This document shows positions 42,261-58,200 of a DNA stretch of 64,000 nt, one piece after another (position 1 is the first letter of the stretch; the number at the start of each line of letters is the position of its first letter). The position numbers were made by a program, and so were the translations under genes. The notes beneath the pieces are model-generated. The model saw nothing but the letters and a program-made list of their open reading frames with translations, did not search any database and was not told the DNA's origin. Source of the stretch: the human T2T-CHM13v2.0 reference genome, Homo sapiens; assembly GCF_009914755.1 (NCBI RefSeq), contig NC_060946.1. One strand, 5' to 3'.

Positions 42261-42949
42261 CATTCCATTCCATTCCATTCCATTCCATTCCATTGCATTC
42301 CATACCTTTCCATTCCACTCTGGATGATTCCATTCCATTCCATTATTTTCCGTTCCTTTCCATTCCATTCCATTCCATTCCACTCGGCTTGTTTCCATTT
42401 TGTTGTACTCCATTCCATTCCATTCCATTCCATTCCATTGCATTGAATTCCACTCGGGTTTTTTCAATTCCATTCCATTAGTTTCCATTCCATTCCATTC
42501 CTTTCCATTCCATTCCATTCCTTTCCACTCAGGGTGATTCCATTCCATTCCATTCCAATGCATTAAATTCCCGTTGATACCATTGCATTGCATTGTTTCC
42601 ATTCCATTCCATTCCATTCCATTCCATTCCATTCCATTACATTACATTCCACTCGGTTTGATTGGTTTCCATTCCATTCCATTCCATTCCATTCAGTTCC
42701 ATTCCATTCCATTCCTCTCGGGTTGATTCCATTCCATTCCGTTCCATTTCATTCTATTCCATTCCATTTCATTCCATTCTATTCCATTCCATTACACTCC
42801 ATTCCATTCCATTCCTCTCTGGTTATTCCATTCCATTCCATTCCATTCCACTCGGGTTGTTTCCATTCCATTCCATTCCATTTTATTCCATTCCATTCCA
42901 TTCCACTCTGTTTGTTTCATTTCCATTCCATTCCATCCATTCCATTCCA

Positions 42950-45200
42950 TTCCATTCCATTCCTCTCGGGTTGATTCCATTCCATTCCATGCCCTTTTAT
43001 TCCATTCCATTCCATTGCATTCCATTCCATTCCATTCCATTCCATTCCATTGCATTCCACCAAATTTGATTGAATGCTATTCCATTCCATTCCATTCCAT
43101 TCCATTCCTTTCCTTTCCACTTGGGTTGATTCCATTCCATTCAATTCCGTTCCTTTCCGTTCTGTTCCGTTCCTTTCCATTCAATTCTATTCCATTTCAT
43201 TCCACTGCATTCCACTCTGGTTGATTCCATTCCATTCCATTCCATTCCATTCCACTTGGGTTGATTCTATTTCGTTCCTTTCCATTTCGTTCCATACCAT
43301 TCCATTCCATTCTGTTCCTTTTCATTCGTGTTGATTCCATTCCATTCCACTCCACTCCATTCCAATCCGTTACATTCCACTCGGGTTGATTCCATTCCTT
43401 TGTATTCCAATCCATTCCATTCCTTTCCAATCAATTCCATTCCATTCAATTCCGCTTGGATTCAATCTATTCTTTCCATTCCATTCCGTTCGGTTCCATT
43501 CCATTCCATTGAATTAGATACCATTCCATTCCACTCGGGATTATTCCGTTCAGTTCCATTATATTCCGTTGAATTCCATTCCATTCCATTGCATTCCATT
43601 CCACTCGGGTGGATTCCATTCCATTCCATTCCATTACATTCCATTCCATTCCACTCGGGTTGATTCCGTTCCGTTCCTTTCTATTCCATTCCTTTCCATT
43701 CCATTCCATTTCATTCCGTTCCATTCCATTCGTGTGGATTCCATTCCATTCCACTACAATCCATTCCATTCCATTCTAATCCATTTCATTCCATTCAATT
43801 CCACTCGCATTCAATCTATTCCATTCCATTTCATTCTGTTCTGTTCCAATCCACTCTATTGCATTCCATACCATTCCATTCCACTCGGGATGATTCCATT
43901 CCATTCCATTATGTTCCGTTCCATTCCATTCCATTCCATTTCACTCGAGTTAATTCCAGTCCATTCCATTCCATTGCATTCCATTCCACTCGGGTTGTTT
44001 CCATTCCATTCCTTTCCATTTCATTCTATTCCATTCCATTTCATTCCATTGTAGTCCATTCCATTCCACTCCATTCCATTCCATTCCTCTCCGGTTATTC
44101 CATTCCATTCCATGCCATTCTACTCGGGTTGTTTCCATTCCATTTCATTCCATTTTATTCCATTCCATTCCGTTGCATTACATTCCATTCTATACGATTC
44201 CACTCGGGTTCATTCCATACCATTCTATTCCATTCCATTCCATTAAATTCCATTCCATTCCATACCATTCCATTAGTTTCTAATTGGGTTGATTCCAATC
44301 CATTCCATTATATTCAAGTCCTTTCCATTCCATGCCATTCCACTCGGCTTGTTTCCATTTTGTTGTACTCCATTCCATCCCATTCCATTCCATTCCATTG
44401 CATTCCACTCGGGTTTTTTCCATTCCATTCCATTAGTTTCCATTCCATTCCATTCCTTTCCATTCCATTCCATTCCTTTCCACTCAGGGTGATTGCATTC
44501 CATTCCATTCCAATGCATTCCATTCCCGTTGATACCATTGCATTGCATTGTTTCCTTTCCATTCCATTCCATTCCATTCCATTCCATTCCATTACATTAC
44601 ATTCCACTCGGTTTGATTGGTTTCCATTCCATTCCATTCAGTTCCATTCCATTCCATTCCTCTCGGGTTGATTCCATTCAATTCCATGCCCTTATATTCC
44701 GTTCCATTCCATTCCATTACATTACATACCATTCCACCAAAGTTGATTACATGCTATTCCATTCCATTCCCTTCCATTCCATTCTTTTCCATTCCATTCC
44801 ATTCCATTCCGTTCCTTTCCACTTGGGTTGATTCCATTCCATTCAATTACATTCCGTTCCACTCCGTTCCGTTCCATTCCATTCCATTCCATTCCATTCC
44901 ATTCCATTTCATTCCATTGCATTCCACTCGGGTTTATTCCGTTCCATTCCATTCCATTCCATTCCCTTCCATTCGACTCCATTCCATTCCATTCCCCTCC
45001 ATTACATTCCATTCCATTCCACACGGATTGATTCCATTCCATTCCATTCCATTCCATTACTTTCCGTTCCATTCCATTCCATTCCATTGCATTTCATTCC
45101 ATTGCATTCCACTCGGGTTGATTCCATTCCATTCCATTCCATTCCATTCAATTCCATTCAATTCCATACCCTTCGGGTTGATTCCTTTCCATTCCATTGC
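42950..45200 (+). repeat. Dispersed duplication (partner ~49150-50760; offset ~6180, then ~5550 after a deletion)
   Basis: GAATTAGATACC at 43511/49689; CCACTACAATCC at 43751/49934; ATTCGACTCC...ACACGGATTG at 44971/50520. Confidence 0.8.
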
Positions 45201-45419
45201 ATTCCATACCATTCCCTTCCCTTCCATCCCATTCGTGTTGATTCCATTCCATTCTGTTCCATTCCATTCCATTCCTTTCCATTCCATTCGTTTCCATTCC
45301 ATTCGGGTTGATTCCATTCCATTCCATTCCATTCCATTCCATTCCATTCCACTCCAATCCATTCCATTCCACTCCATTTCATTCCATTCCATTCCACCCG
45401 GATTCATTCCATTCCATTC

Positions 45420-46210
45420 CATTCCCTTCCAGTTGATTCCATTGGATTCGATTCGGTTCCATTCCATTCCATTCCATTCCACTCGAGTTGATTCCACTCC
45501 ATTCCATTGCATTACGTTCCATTTCATTCCACTTGGGTGGATTACATTCCATTCCGTTCCACTCCACTCGGGTTGATTCCATTCCGTTCCTTTCCATTCC
45601 ATTCCATTCCATTCCTTTCCAATCTATTCGTGTTGATTCCATTCCATTCCACTCCAATCAATTCCATTCCATTCCAATGCAATCCATTCCATTCAATTCC
45701 ACTCGCATTCAATCTATTCCATTGCATTTCATTCCGTTGTATTCCATTGCATTCCATTGCATTCCATACCATTCCATTCCACTCGGGATGATTCCATTCC
45801 ATTCCATTATGTTCCGTTCCATTCGATTCCATTCCATTCCACTGGGGTTGATTCCATTCCATTCCATTCCATTCCATTCCACTCGGAGTGTTTCCATTCG
45901 AATCCTTTCCATCTCATTCTATTCCATTCCATTCCATTCCATTCTATTCCATTCCATTCCACTCCATTCCATTCCATTCCTCTCCGGTTATTCCATTCCA
46001 TTCCATTGCATTCCACTCGGGTTGTTTCCATTGCATTCCATTCCATTTTATTCCACTCCATTCCATTCCGTTCCATTACTTTCCATTGTTTACCATTCCA
46101 CTATGGCTGATTCCATACCTTTCTATTCCATTCCATTCCATTAAAATCCTTTCCATTCCATTCCCCTCGGGTAGATTCCATTCCATTCCATTCCATTCCG
46201 TTCCGTTCCG
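45420..46210 (+). repeat. Dispersed duplication (partner ~48000-48790; offset 2583)
   Basis: CTATGGCTGA at 46101/48684 and TTAAAATCCT at 46141/48724. Confidence 0.82.
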
Positions 46211-49200
46211 TTCCATTCCATTCCATTCCATTCCATTCCATTCCATTCTATTCCATTCCATATCATTCCACCAAACTTGATTGCATGTTGTTCCATTCCA
46301 TTCAATTCCATTCCATTCCATTCCATTCCTTTCCACTCAGGGTGATTCCATTCCATTTAATTCCAATGCATTCCATTCCAGTTGATAACATTGCATTGCA
46401 TTGTTTCCATTGCATTCCATTACATTCCATTACATTCCTTTCCACTCGGTTTGATTCATTTCCATTCCATTCCATTCCATTCCATTCCATTCCATTCCAT
46501 TCCATTCCATACCATTCCACCAAAGTTGAGTACATGCTATTCCATTCCATTCCATTCCATTCCGTTCAATTCCATTCCTTTCCAGTTGGGTTGATTCCAT
46601 TCAATTAAATTCCGTTCTGATCCGTCCCGTTCCGCTCCATTTCATTCCATACCTTTTCATTCCATTGCATTCCACTCGGGTTGATTCCATTCCATTCCAT
46701 TCCATTCCATTCCATAACATTCGGGTTCATTCCTTTCCATTCGATTCCATTCCATACCATTCCAATCCATTCTGTTCCATTTCATTAGGGTTGATTCCGT
46801 TCCATTGTATGCCCTTTTAGTCCATTCCATTCCATTCCATTCCATTCCATTCCATTCCATTCCATTCTATTCCATTCCATATCATTCCACCAAACTTGAT
46901 TGCATGTTGTTCCATTCCATTCAATTCCATTCCATTCCATTCCATTCCTTTCGGGTAGATTCCATTCCATTCCTTTCCATTCCATTTAATTCCTTTCCAT
47001 TCCATTCCTCTCGGGTTGATTCCGTTGCATTCCATTCAATTCCAATGCACTTGGGTTGATTCCATTCCCTTCCATTCCGTTCCATTCCATTCCATTCATT
47101 TACGTTACACTCCAGTTGATTCCATAGCATTCTATTCCATTGCATTCCATTCCATTCCATTGCATTCCATTCCATTCCATTCCATTCCATTCCATTCCAT
47201 TCCATTCCATTCCTTTCCATTCCATTCCACTGCATTCCATTCGGGTTGATTCCATTGCATTCCATTCCATGCCATTCCATTCCATTCCACACGGATTGAT
47301 TCCATTCCATTCCACTCCATTACATTCCATTCCATTCCACACGGATTGATTCCATTCCATTCCATTCCATTCCATTCCGTTCCTGTTGATTCAATTGAAT
47401 TCGATTCTTTTCCATTCCATTCCATTCCATTCCATTCCATTCCACTCGAGTTGATTCCAATCCATTCCATTCCATTCCATTCCATTCCATTCCATTCCAC
47501 TCGAGTTGATTCCAATCCATTCCATTCCATTCCATTCCATTCCATTCCATTCCATTCCCTTCCATTCCTTTCCACTTGTGTTGATTCCATTCCATTCCAT
47601 TCCATTCCGTTCCGTTCCGTTCCATTCCATTCCATTCCATTGCATTCCACTCCTGTTAATTCCATTCCATTCCACTCCATTCCATTCCATTCCATTCCAT
47701 TGCGTTCCCTTCCATTTGGGTTGATTCCATTCCATTCCATTCCGTTCCGTTACGTTCCGTTCCATTCCATTCCATTCCATTTCATTCCATTGCATTCCAC
47801 TCGGGTTGATTCCATTCCACTCCATTCCATTCCATTCCATTCCATTCCATTCCATTCCATTCTATTGCATTCCATTCCATTCCATTCCATTCCATTCCAT
47901 TCCGTTCCATTCCATTCGTGTTGATTCCATTCCATTCCATTCCATTGCATTCCATACCATTCCATTCCACTCTGGATGATTCCATTCCATTCCTTTCCAT
48001 TCCATTCCAGTTGATTCCATTGGATTCGATTCGGTTCCATTCCATTCCATTCCATTCCTTTCCACTCGAGTTGATTCCACTCCATTCCATTGCATTACAT
48101 TCCATTTCATTCCACTTGGGTGGATTCCATTCCTTACCGTTCCACTCCACTCGTGTTGATTCCATTCCATTCCTTTCCATTCCATTCCATTCCATTCCTT
48201 TCCAATCTATTCGTGTTGATTCCATTCCATTCCACTCCAATCAATTCCATTCCATTCCAATCCAATCCATTCCATTCAATTCCACTCGCATTCAATCTAT
48301 TCCATTGCATTTCATTCCGTTGTATTCCATTCCATTCCATTGCATTCCATACCATTTCATTCCACTCGGGATGATTCCATTCCATTCCATTATGTTCCGT
48401 TCCATTCCATTCCATTCCATTCCACTAGGGTTGATTCCATTCCAATCCATTCCATTCCATTCCACTCGGGGTGTTTCCATTCCATTCCTTTCCATTTCAT
48501 TCTATTCCATTCCATTCCATTCCATTCTATTCCATTCCATTCCACTCCATTCTATTGCATTCGTCTCCGGTTATTCCATTCCATTCCATTGCATTCCACT
48601 CGGGTTGTTTCCATTGCATTCTATTCCATTTTATTCCACTCCATTCCATTCCGTTCCATTACATTCCATTCTATACCATTCCACTATGGCTGATTCCATA
48701 CCATTCTATTCCATTCCATTCCATTAAAATCCTTTCCATTCCATTCCCCTCGGGTAGATTCCATTCCATTCCATTCCATTCCATTCCATTCCGTTCCGTT
48801 CCATTCCATTCCATTCCATTCCATTTAATTCCATTACATTCCATTCCACTCGGGTAGATTCCAATCTATTCCATTCCATTCCATTCCATTCCATTCCATT
48901 AGTTTCTAATGGGGTTGATTCCAATTCATTCCATGATATTCAAGTCCTTTCCATTCCATGTCATTCCACTCGGGTTGTTTCCATTTTGTTGTACTCCATT
49001 CCATTCCATTCCATTCCATTCCGTTCCATTCCATTCCATTCCATTCCATTCCATTCCATTCCACTCGGGTTGTTTCCATTCCGTTCATTAGTTTCCATTC
49101 CATTCCATTGCTTTCCATTCCATTCCATTCCATTCCATTCCATTCCATTCCATTCCTCTCGGGTTGATTCCATTCCATTCCATGCCCTTTTATTCCATTC

Positions 49201-52200
49201 CATTCCATTGCATTCCATTCCATTCCATTCCATTCCATAGCATTCCACGAAATTTGATTGAATGCTATTCCATTCCATTCCATTCCATTCCATTCCTTTC
49301 CTTTCCACTTGGGTTGATTCCATTCCATTCAATTCCGTTCCTTTCCGTTCTGTTCCGTTCATTTCCATTCCATTCCATTCCATTTCATTCCACTGCATTC
49401 CACTCTGGTTGATTCCATTCCATTCCATTCCACTTGTGTTGATTCTATTCCGTTCCTTTCCATTTCATTCCATACCATTCCATTCCATTCTGTTCCTTTC
49501 CATTCGTGTTGATTCCATTCCATTCCACTCCACTCCATTCCAATCCGTTACATTCCACTCGGGTTGATTCCATTCCTTTGCATTCCAATCCATTCCATTC
49601 CTTTCCAATCAATTCCATTCCATTCAATTCCACTTGGATTCAATCTATTCTTTCCATTCCATTCCGTTCGGTTCCATTCCATTCCATTGAATTAGATACC
49701 ATTCCATTCCACTCGGGATGATTCCATTCAATTCCATTATATTCCGTTGAATTCCTTTGCATTCCATTGCATTCCATTCCACTCGGGTGGATTCCATTCC
49801 CTTCCATTCCATTACATTCCATTCCATTCCTCTCGGGTTGATTCCGTTCCGTTCCTTTCTATTCCATTCCTTTCCATTCCATTCCATTCCATTTCATTCC
49901 ATTCCATTCCATTCGTGTGGATTCCATTCCATTCCACTACAATCCATTCCATTCCATTCTAATCCATTTCATTCCATTCAATTCCACTCGCATTCAATCT
50001 ATTCCATTCCATTTCATTCCGTTCTGTTCCATTCCACTCTATTGCATTCCATACCATTCCATTCCACTCGGGATGATTCCATTCCATTCCATTCCAATGC
50101 ATTCCATTCCCGTTGATACCATTGCATTGCATTGTTTCCTTTCAATTCCATTCCATTACATTACATTACATTACATTCCACTCGGTTTGATTGGTTTCCA
50201 TTCCATTCCATTCAGTTCCATTCCATTCCATTCCTCTCAGGTTGATTGCATTCAATTCCATGCCCTTTTATTCCGTTCCATTACATTCCATTACATTACA
50301 TACCATTCCACCAAAGTTCATTGCATGTTATTCCATTCCATTCCATTCCATTCCATTCTTTTCCATTCCATTCCATTCCATTCCATTCCGTTCCGCTCCG
50401 TTCCATTCCATTCCATTCCATTCCATTCCATTCCATTCCATTCCATTCCATTCCATTTCATTCCATTGCATTCCACTCGGGTTTATTCTGTTCCATTCCA
50501 TTCCATTCCATTCCCTTCCATTCGACTCCATTCCATTCCATTCCCCTCCATTACATTCCATTCCATTCCACACGGATTGATTCCATTCCATTCCATTCCA
50601 TTCCATTACTTTCCGTTCCATTCCATTCCATTCCATTGCATTTCATTCCATTGCATTCCACTCGGGTTGATTCCATTCCATTCCATTCCATTCCATTCCA
50701 TTCAATTCCATTCAATTCCATACCCTTCGGGTTGATTCCTTTCCATTCCATTCCATTCCATACCATTCCACTCCATTAGTCTCCATTCCATTCGGGTTGA
50801 TTCCGTTCCGTTACATGCCCTTTTATTCCGTTCCATTCCATTCCATTCCATTCCATTCCACTTGGGTTGATTCCATTCCATTGCATTCTATTCCATTCCA
50901 TTCCACTCGGGTTGTTTCCATTCCATTCCTTTCCATTTCATTCTATTCCATTCCATTCCATTCCCTTCCATTCTATTACATTGCATTCCACTCTATTCCA
51001 TTCTATTCCTCTCCGGTTATTCGATTCCATTCCATTCCATTCCACTCGGGTTGTTTCCATTCCATTCCATTCCATTTTATTCCATTCCATTCCGTTCCAT
51101 TACATTCCATACTATACCATTCCACTCGGGTTGAATCCATACCATTCTAATCCATTCTATTCCATTAAATTCCATTCCATTCCATTCCACTCGAGTAGAA
51201 TCCATTCCATTCCATTCCATTCCGTTCCATTCCATTCCATTCCATTCCATTCCATTCCATTCCATTTAATTCCATTACATTCCATTCCACTCGGGTAGAT
51301 TCCATTCCACTCCATGCCATTCCAATCCATTCCATTCCATTACATTAGTTTCTAATCGGGTTGTTTCCAATCCATTCCATTATATTCAAGTCCTTTCCAT
51401 TCCATGCCATTCCACTCCGGTTGTTTATATTTTGTTGTATTCCATTCCATTCCATTCCATTCCATTCCATTCCATTCCATTGCATTCCATTCCATTCCAG
51501 TCCATTCCATTCCATTGCATTCCATTCCACTCGGGTTGTTTCCATTCCGTTCCATTAATTTCCATTCCATTCCATTCCTTTCCATTCCATTCCATTCAAT
51601 TCCTTTCCTCTCAGGGTGATACCATTCCATTCCATTCCATTGCATTCCATTCCACTCGGGTTGTTTCCATTCCGTTCCATTAATTTCCATTGCATTCCAT
51701 TCCTTTCCATTCCATTCCATTCCATTCCTTTCCACTCAGGGAGATTCCATTCCATTCCATTCCAATGCATTCCATTCCCGTTGATACCATTGCATTGCAT
51801 TGTTTCCATTCCAATCCATTCCATTCCATTCCATTCCATTCGGTTTGATTGATTTCCATTCCATTCTATTCCATTCCATTCTATTCCATTCCATTCCATT
51901 CCATTCCATTCCATTCCATTCCATTCCTCTCGGGTTGATTCCATTCCATTCCATGCCCGTTTATTCCATTCCATTCCATTCCATTCCATTCCATTCCACT
52001 CCATTCCATTCCATTCAATTCCATTCCATTCCATTCCATTCCACCAAACTTGATTTCATGTTATTCCATTCCATTGCATTCCATTCCATTCCATTCCATT
52101 CCATTCCATTCCATTCCGTTCCATTCCTTTCCACTTGTGTTGACTCCATTCCATTGAATTCCATTCCGTTCCGTTCCGTTGCGTTCCATTCCATTCCATT

Positions 52201-55200
52201 CCATTCCATTTAATTCTACTGCATTCCACTCGGTTTCTTTCCATTCCATTCCATTCCATTCCATTCCATTCCATTCCATTCCATTCCATTTCATTCCATT
52301 GCATTCCACTCGGGTTGATTCCATTCCATTCCATTCCATTCCATTCCATACCATTACACTCCATTCCATTCCATTCCATTCGGGTTGATTCTGTTCCATT
52401 CAATGCCCTTTTATTCCGTTCCATTCCACTGCATTCCATTCCATTCGACACCATTCCACCAAAGTTGATTGCGTGTTATTCCATTCCATTCCATTCCATT
52501 CCATTCCATTGCATTCCATTCCATTCCATTCCACTCGGGTTGATTCCATTCCATTCCATTCCATGTCATTCCACTCCATTCCGTTCCATTGCATTCGGGT
52601 TGATTCCTTCCCTTTCAATGCCCTTTTATTCCTTTCCATTCCATTCTTTTACATTCCATTCCATACCAATCCACCAATGTTGATTGCATATTATTCCATT
52701 CCACACCATTCCACCAAATTTGATTGCATGTTATTCCATTCCATTCCAATCCTTTCCATTCCATTCCATTCCTTTCCATTCGGGTTCATTCCATTCCATT
52801 CAATTCCATTCCTTTCCGTTCCATTCCGTTGCATTCCATTCTATTCCATTCCATTCCATTCCGTCCCATTCCATTCCAATCCGTTCCATTCCATTCCATT
52901 CCACCCGGGTTGATTCCATACCATTCCATTCCACTCGGGATGATTTCATTCCATTCCATTATATTCCGTTCCATTCCATTCCATTCCATTCCACTCGGAT
53001 TGATTCCATTCCATTCCATTCCATTCCATTCCATTCCATTCCATTCCATTCCACTCGGGTTGCTTCCACTCCATTCCTCTCCATTTCATTCTATTCCATT
53101 CCATTCCATTCCATTCTATTCCATTCCATTCCACTCCATTCCATTCCATTCCTCTCCGGTTATTCCATTCCATTCCATTCCATTCTATTCCATCACACTC
53201 GGGTTGTTTCCATTCTATTCCATTTCATTTTATTCCATTCCATTCCATTCCGTTCCTTTACATTCCATTCTATACCATTACACTCGGGTTGATTCCATAC
53301 CATTCTATTCCATTCCATTCCATTAAATTCCATTCCATTCCATTCCCCTCGGGTAGATTCCATTCCTTTCCATTCCATTCCATTCCGTTCCATTCCATTC
53401 CATTCCATTCCATTCCGTTCCATTCCATTCCATTCCTTTGCATTCCATTTAATTCCATTATATTCCATTCCACTCGGGTAGATTCCATTCCATTCCATTC
53501 CATTCCATTCCGTTCCATTCCATTACATTCCATTCCATTTCATTCCATTCCATTTAATTCCATTACATTCCATTCCACTCGGGTAAATTCCATTCCATTT
53601 CATTCCATTCCATTCCATTCCTTTACATTAGTTTCTAATCGGGTTGATTCCAATCCATTCCATTATATTCAAGTCCTTTCCATTCCATGCCATTCCACTC
53701 GGCTTCTTTCCATTTTGCTGTACTCCATTCCATTCCATTCCATTCCATTCCATTCCATTCCATTCCATTGCATTCCATTCCACTCGGGTTGTTTCCATTC
53801 CGTTCCATTAGTTTTCATTCCATTCCATTCCTTTCCATTCCATTCCATTCCTTTCCTTTCCACTCAGGGTGATTCCATTCCATTCCATTCCAATGCATTC
53901 CATTCCCGTTGATACCATTGCATTGCATTGTTTCCAATCCATTCCATTCCATTCCATTCCATTACATTACATTCCACTCGGTTTGATTGATTTCCATTCC
54001 ATTCCATTCCATTAAATTCCATTCCATACCATTCCACCAAAGTTGATTGCATGTTATTCCATTCCATTCAATTCCATTCCATTCCATTCCATTCCTGTCG
54101 GGTTGATTCCATTCCATTCCTTTCCATTCCATTCCATTCCTTTCCATTCCATTCCTCTCGGGTTGATTCTGTTGCATTCCATTCCATTCCAATGCACTTG
54201 TGTTGATTCCATTCCCTTAAATTACGTTCCATTCCATTCCATTCATTTACATTACACTCCAGTTGATTCCATAGCATTCCATTCCATTCCATTCCATCCC
54301 ATTCGGGTTGATTCCATTCTAATGTGTTCCATTCCATTCCATTCCATTCCATTCCATTCCTTTCCGTTCCATTTTGTTCCAGTCCATTCTGGTTGATTCC
54401 ATTCCATTCCATTCCATTCCATTCGACTCCATTCCATTCCATTCCACTCCATTACATTCCATTCCATTCCACCCGGATTGATTCCATTCCACTCCATTCC
54501 ATTGCATTCCATTCCATTCCATTCCATTCCATTCAATTCCAGTTGATTCCATTGGATTCGATTCGGTTCCATTCCATTCCATTCCATTCCATTCCATTTC
54601 ATTCCATTCCATTCCATTCCACTCGAGTTGATTCCAATCCATTCCATTACATTACATTACATTTCGTTCCAATCGGGTGGATTCCATTCCATTCCATTCC
54701 ATTCCACTCGGGTTGATTCCATTCCGTTGCTTTCCATTCCATTCCGTTCCATTCCATTCGTGTTGATTCCATTCCATTCCACTCCAATCCATTCCATTCC
54801 ATTCCAATCCATTGCATTCCATTCAATTCCACTTGCATTCAATCTATTCCATTCCAATTTATTCCGTTCTGTTCCATTCCATTCTATTTCATTCCATACC
54901 ATTCCATTCCACTCGGGATGATTCCATTCCATTCCATCATATTCCATTCCATTGCATTCCATTCCATTCCACTCGGGTTGATTCCATTCCATTCCTTTCA
55001 ATTTCATTCTATTCCATTCCATTCCATTCCATTCCATTGTGTTCCATTCCATTCCACTCCATTCCATTCCATTCCTCTCCGTTTATTCCATTCCATTCCA
55101 CTCGGGTTGTTTCCATTCCATTCCATTCCATTTTATACCTTTCCATTCCATTCCATTCCATTTCACTCGGGTAGATTCCATTCCATTCCATTCCATTCCA

Positions 55201-58200
55201 TTCCATTCCATTAGTTTCTAATCGGGTTGATTCTAATCCATTCCATTATATTGAAGTCCTTTCCATTCCATGCCATTCCACTTTTGTTGTTTCCATTTTG
55301 TTGTATTCCATTCCATTCCATTCCATTCCATTCCATTCCATTCCATTCCATTGCATTCCATTCCACTCGGGTTGTTTCCATTCCGTTCCATTAGTTTCCA
55401 TTCCATTCCATTCCTTTCCATTCCATTCCATTCCATTCCATTCCATTCCATTCCATTCCATTCCATTCCTTTCCACTCTGGGTGATTCCATTCCATTCCA
55501 TTAAATGCATTCCATTCCGGTTGATACCGTTGCATTGCATTGTTTCCATTCCATTCCATTCCATTCCATTACATTCCTTTCCACCCTGTTTGATTCATTT
55601 CCATTCCATTCCATACCATTCCACCAAAGTTGAGTGCATGCTATTCCATTCCATTCCATTCCATTCCATTCAATTCCATTCCTTTCCAGTTGGGTTGATT
55701 CCGTTCCATTGAATTCCATTCCGTTCCATCCCGTTCCATTCCATTCCTTTCCATTCTATTTCATTCCATTGCATTCCACTCGTTTTGATTCCATTCCATT
55801 CCATTGCTTTCCATTGCATTCCATTCCATTCCACTCCATTCCCTTCGGGTTGATTCCTTTCCATTCGATTCCATTCCATACCATTCCACTCCATTCCGTT
55901 CCATTCCATTCGGGTTGATTCCGTTCCATTCCATGCCCTTTTATTCCATTCCATTAGATTCCATTGCATTCCATTCCATTCCATACCATTCCACCAAAGT
56001 TGATTGCATGTAATTCCATTCCATTCAATTCCATTCCATTACAAACCATTCCATTCCATTCCATTCCATTCCATTCCATTCCATTCCATTCCTTTCCACT
56101 TGGGTTGAATCCATTCCATTCAATTCCGTTCTGTTCCATTCCATTCCATTCCATTCCATTTCATTCCATTGCATTCCACTCGGGTTGATTCCATTCCATT
56201 TCATTAAATTCCATTCCACACCCTTCGGGTTGATTCCTTTCCACTCGATTCCATTCCATAACATTCCACTCCCTTCTTTCCATTCCATTCGGGTTGATTC
56301 CCTTCCATTCCATGCCCTTTTATTCCATTCCATTCCGTTCCATTGCATTCCATACCATTCCACCAAAGTTGATTGCATGTTATTCCATTCCATTCCATTC
56401 CATTCCATTCCATTCCATTCCATTCCATTCCATGCCATTCCATTCCTTTCCACTCGGGTTGATTTCATTCCATTCAATTCCTTTCCGTTCCATTCCGTTC
56501 CATTCCATTCCATTTCATTCCATTGCATTCCACTCGGGTTGATTCCATTCCATTCCATTCCATTCCATTCCATTCCATTCCATTCCATTCCATTGCATTC
56601 CATTCCATACCCTTTAGTTTGATTCGTTTCCATTCCATTCCATTCCACACCATTCCACTCCGTTCCGTTCCATTCCATTCGGGTTGATTCCATTCCATTC
56701 TATTCCGTTCCATTCCATTCCATTCCATACCATTCCACTAGGGTTGATTGCATAGCATTGCATTCCATTGCATTCCATTCCATTCCATTCCACTCGGGTT
56801 GATTCCTTTCCATTCCATTCCATTCCATTCCACTCCATTCCATTACATTCCATTCCACTCCGGTTAATTCCTTTCCATTCCATTCCAATCCACTCCATTC
56901 CATTCCATTCCATTGGGGTCCATTCCATTCCATTCCATTCCGTTCTGTTTCGTTCCATTCCATTCAATTCCATTCCTTTCCGTTTTATTCCACTCCATTC
57001 CATTCCATTCCATTCCATTCCATTAAATTCCATTCCATTCCGTTCCACTCGGGTAGATTCCATTCTATTCCATTCCATTCCATTCCATTCCATTCCATTA
57101 GTTTCTAATCGGGTTGATTCCAATCCATTCCATTATATTCAAGTCCTTTCCATTCCATGCAATTCCACTCGTGTTCTTTCCATTTTGTTGTATTCCACTC
57201 CATTCCATTCCATTCCATTCCATTCCATTCCATTCCATTGCATTCCATTCCATTGCAATCCATTCCACTGGGGTTGCTTCCATTCCGTTCCATTAGTTTC
57301 CACTCCATTCCATTCCTTTCCATTCCATTCCATTCCATTCCATACCATTCCATCAATGTTGATTGCATGTTATTCCATTCCATTCAATTCCATTCCATTC
57401 CATTCCATTCCTTTCCTTTCCACTCGGGTTGATTCCATTCCATTCAATTCCGTTCCGTTCCTTTCCATATCATTCCATTCCGTTTCATTCCATTGCATTC
57501 CACTCGGGTTGATTCCATTCCATTCCGTTGCATTCCATTGGATTCCATTGCATTCCATTCCATTCCATTCTATTCCATTCCATTCCATTCCATTCCATTC
57601 TATTCCCTTCGGGTTGATTCCTTTCCATTCCATTCCATTGCATACCATTCCACTCCATTCCGTTCCATTCCATTCGCGATGATTCCGTTCCATTCCATGC
57701 CCTTTTATTCCATTCCATTCCATTCCATTCCCTTCCATACCATTCCACAAAAGTTGATTGCATGTTATTCCATTCCATTCCATTCCATTCCATTCCATTC
57801 CATTCCTTTCCACTCGTGTTGATTTCATTCCATTCAATTCTGCTCCGTTCCATTCCGTTGCATTCCATTGTATTTCATTCCATTGCATTCCACTCGTTTT
57901 GATTCCATTCCATTCCATTCCATTGCATTCCATTCCATTCCATTCCGTACCCTTCGAGTTGATTCCATTCCATTCCATTCCATTCCATACCATTCCACTC
58001 CATTCCGTTCCATTCCATTCGGGTTGATTCTGTTCCATTCCATGACCTTTTATTCCATTCCATTCCATTCCATTCCATTCCATACCATTCCAACAAAGGT
58101 GATTGCCTGTTAATCCATTCCATTCCATTCCATTCGATTCCATTCCTTAACACTCAGGTTGATTCCATTCCTTTCGATTCCGTTGCGTTCTGATGCGTTC

